Below are positions 62,800 through 64,000 of a stretch of 64,000 bases of DNA, one piece after another (positions within the stretch are counted from its first letter, which is position 1; each line of letters starts with the position of its first letter). Source of the stretch: Burkholderiales bacterium (GTDB lineage Bacteria; Pseudomonadota; Gammaproteobacteria; Burkholderiales; Burkholderiaceae_C); the NCBI GenBank assembly GCA_038324515.1, contig JBBQIB010000002.1, forward strand, positions 3,694-67,693. The letters are read 5' to 3'. A program made the position numbers and the translations under genes. The notes under the pieces were generated by a model. That model made no database searches. It saw nothing but the letters and a program-made list of their open reading frames with translations, and had not been told where the DNA came from.

Positions 62800-64000
62800 T
62801 CAGGCCAACGCGCCACCTTCGGCGGAAGGTGTGAACAGCTCTTCTCGATCGAAGACCGCGATGCTCTCGACATGCGCGGTGTGCGGAAACATGTTGGCCA
62901 CGCCAGCCTTGCTGCAGCGATAGCCTGCCCGATGCACCAGCAGACCTGCGTCGCGCGCCAAAGTGGCCGGATTGCAGCTGACGTAGACGATACGCTCGGG
63001 AGCCTGCCAAGCCAGGGCCCCTTGCTCAGGCGTCGTTGCGCGCAACTCCGCCAAGGCCTTGACCAATGCAAAAGCGCCTTCCCGGGGGGGGTCGACCAGC
63101 CAACGCTGCGCCGAACCCAGCGCCACCATGTCCTGCGCCGTGATCTCGAACAAGTCGCGCGCTTCAAAGCGCACCCGGGCAGCCAGACCGTTGAGCCGTG
63201 CGTTGTCTGCAGCGCGTGCCACCAGCACCGGGCTGCCCTCCACCCCCAGCACTTGAAGTGCCTGCGTGGCCAAGGGCAGGCTGAAGTTGCCCAGCCCGCA
63301 GAACCAGTCGATCACGGTGTCCGTGGTTCGTGCCTGGAGCAAGCCCAGTGCCTTGGACACCAGCACCCGGTTGATGTGGGGGTTGACCTGTGTGAAGTCG
63401 GTCGGCTTGAAGGGCATCAGGACGCCAAACTCAGGCAGGCTGTAGCTCAGCGGTTCTGACAACGGGTCGAGCAACTGCACGGTGTCGGGGCCTTTGGGCT
63501 GCAGCCACCATTGCAATCGATGTTCCTGGCCGAAAGCCAGCAGGCGCTGGCGGTCAGCCTGGCTCAGCGGCTCCAGATGGCGCAGCACCAGGGCCAGCGC
63601 CTGCTCGCCTGCTGCGACCTCGATCTGAGGCACGCGGTCGCGTTGGTCCAGGCTGCCGATCAACTCGCGCAGCGGCATCAGCAGCGCACTGACGCGCGGA
63701 TTCAGCACTGGGCAGACCTGCATGTCAGCCACGTAACGCGACTTGCGCTCATGAAAGCCGACCAGCACCACGCCCTTCTTGAGCACGTGGCGCACCGACA
63801 GGCGGGCGCGGTCTCGGTAGCCCCAGACAGGGCCTTCGATGGGCCGCAAGACCAACTCTGGCCGAGTTTTAGCCAAGTGCCACAGGTTGTCTTCCAGCAC
63901 CCTTTGCTTGGCAGCCACCTGCGCCGAAGCATGCAGATGCTGCATCTTGCAGCCACCACAGGCACCGCTGTGCAAGCCGAAATGCGGGCAAGCGGGCCGC
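62800..64000 (-). CDS. rlmD: 23S rRNA m5U1939 methyltransferase (5' end outside the window)
   Basis: CPHF...CGGC Fe-S motif, [42 protein letters not shown]. Confidence 0.95.
   Translation of the reverse strand, partial: RPACPHFGLHSGACGGCKMQHLHASAQVAAKQRVLEDNLWHLAKTRPELVLRPIEGPVWGYRDRARLSVRHVLKKGVVLVGFHERKSRYVADMQVCPVLNPRVSALLMPLRELIGSLDQRDRVPQIEVAAGEQALALVLRHLEPLSQADRQRLLAFGQEHRLQWWLQPKGPDTVQLLDPLSEPLSYSLPEFGVLMPFKPTDFTQVNPHINRVLVSKALGLLQARTTDTVIDWFCGLGNFSLPLATQALQVLGVEGSPVLVARAADNARLNGLAARVRFEARDLFEITAQDMVALGSAQRWLVDPPREGAFALVKALAELRATTPEQGALAWQAPERIVYVSCNPATLARDAGLLVHRAGYRCSKAGVANMFPHTAHVESIAVFDREELFTPSAEGGALA

Overview
This is a GC-rich chromosomal segment of a betaproteobacterium. Gene content and order suggest Burkholderiales of the Rubrivivax/Ideonella group, which is an inference. 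It is mostly core genome: murB, yajQ, ribF-ileS-lspA, dnaX-ybaB-recR, ffs (SRP RNA), trxA-rho-rpmE, the pstSCAB-phoU-phoB-phoR operon with a clear Pho box, ftsH-folP-glmM, rlmE/yhbY, carA-carB-greA, yccA and rlmD. Accessory metabolic and signalling genes are interspersed. I found no IS, integrase, prophage, CRISPR, tRNA or rRNA. Points worth a second look: (1) rho has an in-frame TAG inside a 79-bp patch of exclusively A>T and C>G changes, probably a two-colour sequencing artefact. (2) At least nine ORFs have a -10 box 6-8 nt before the ATG and no well-placed Shine-Dalgarno, suggesting pervasive leaderless mRNAs. (3) A tightly coupled PF10014-type amino-acid dioxygenase and PLP ammonia-lyase form a candidate undescribed amino-acid pathway, my best candidate for a new system. 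(4) Many short tandem arrays sit at gene ends, frame-preserving inside CDSs and mostly 8/11-mers outside. (5) A possible ffs-bounded inversion carries an atypical purM. (6) greA, carA and rpmE have structured leaders. (7) There are three decayed gene relics. All calls come from reading motifs by eye; no database search was run.
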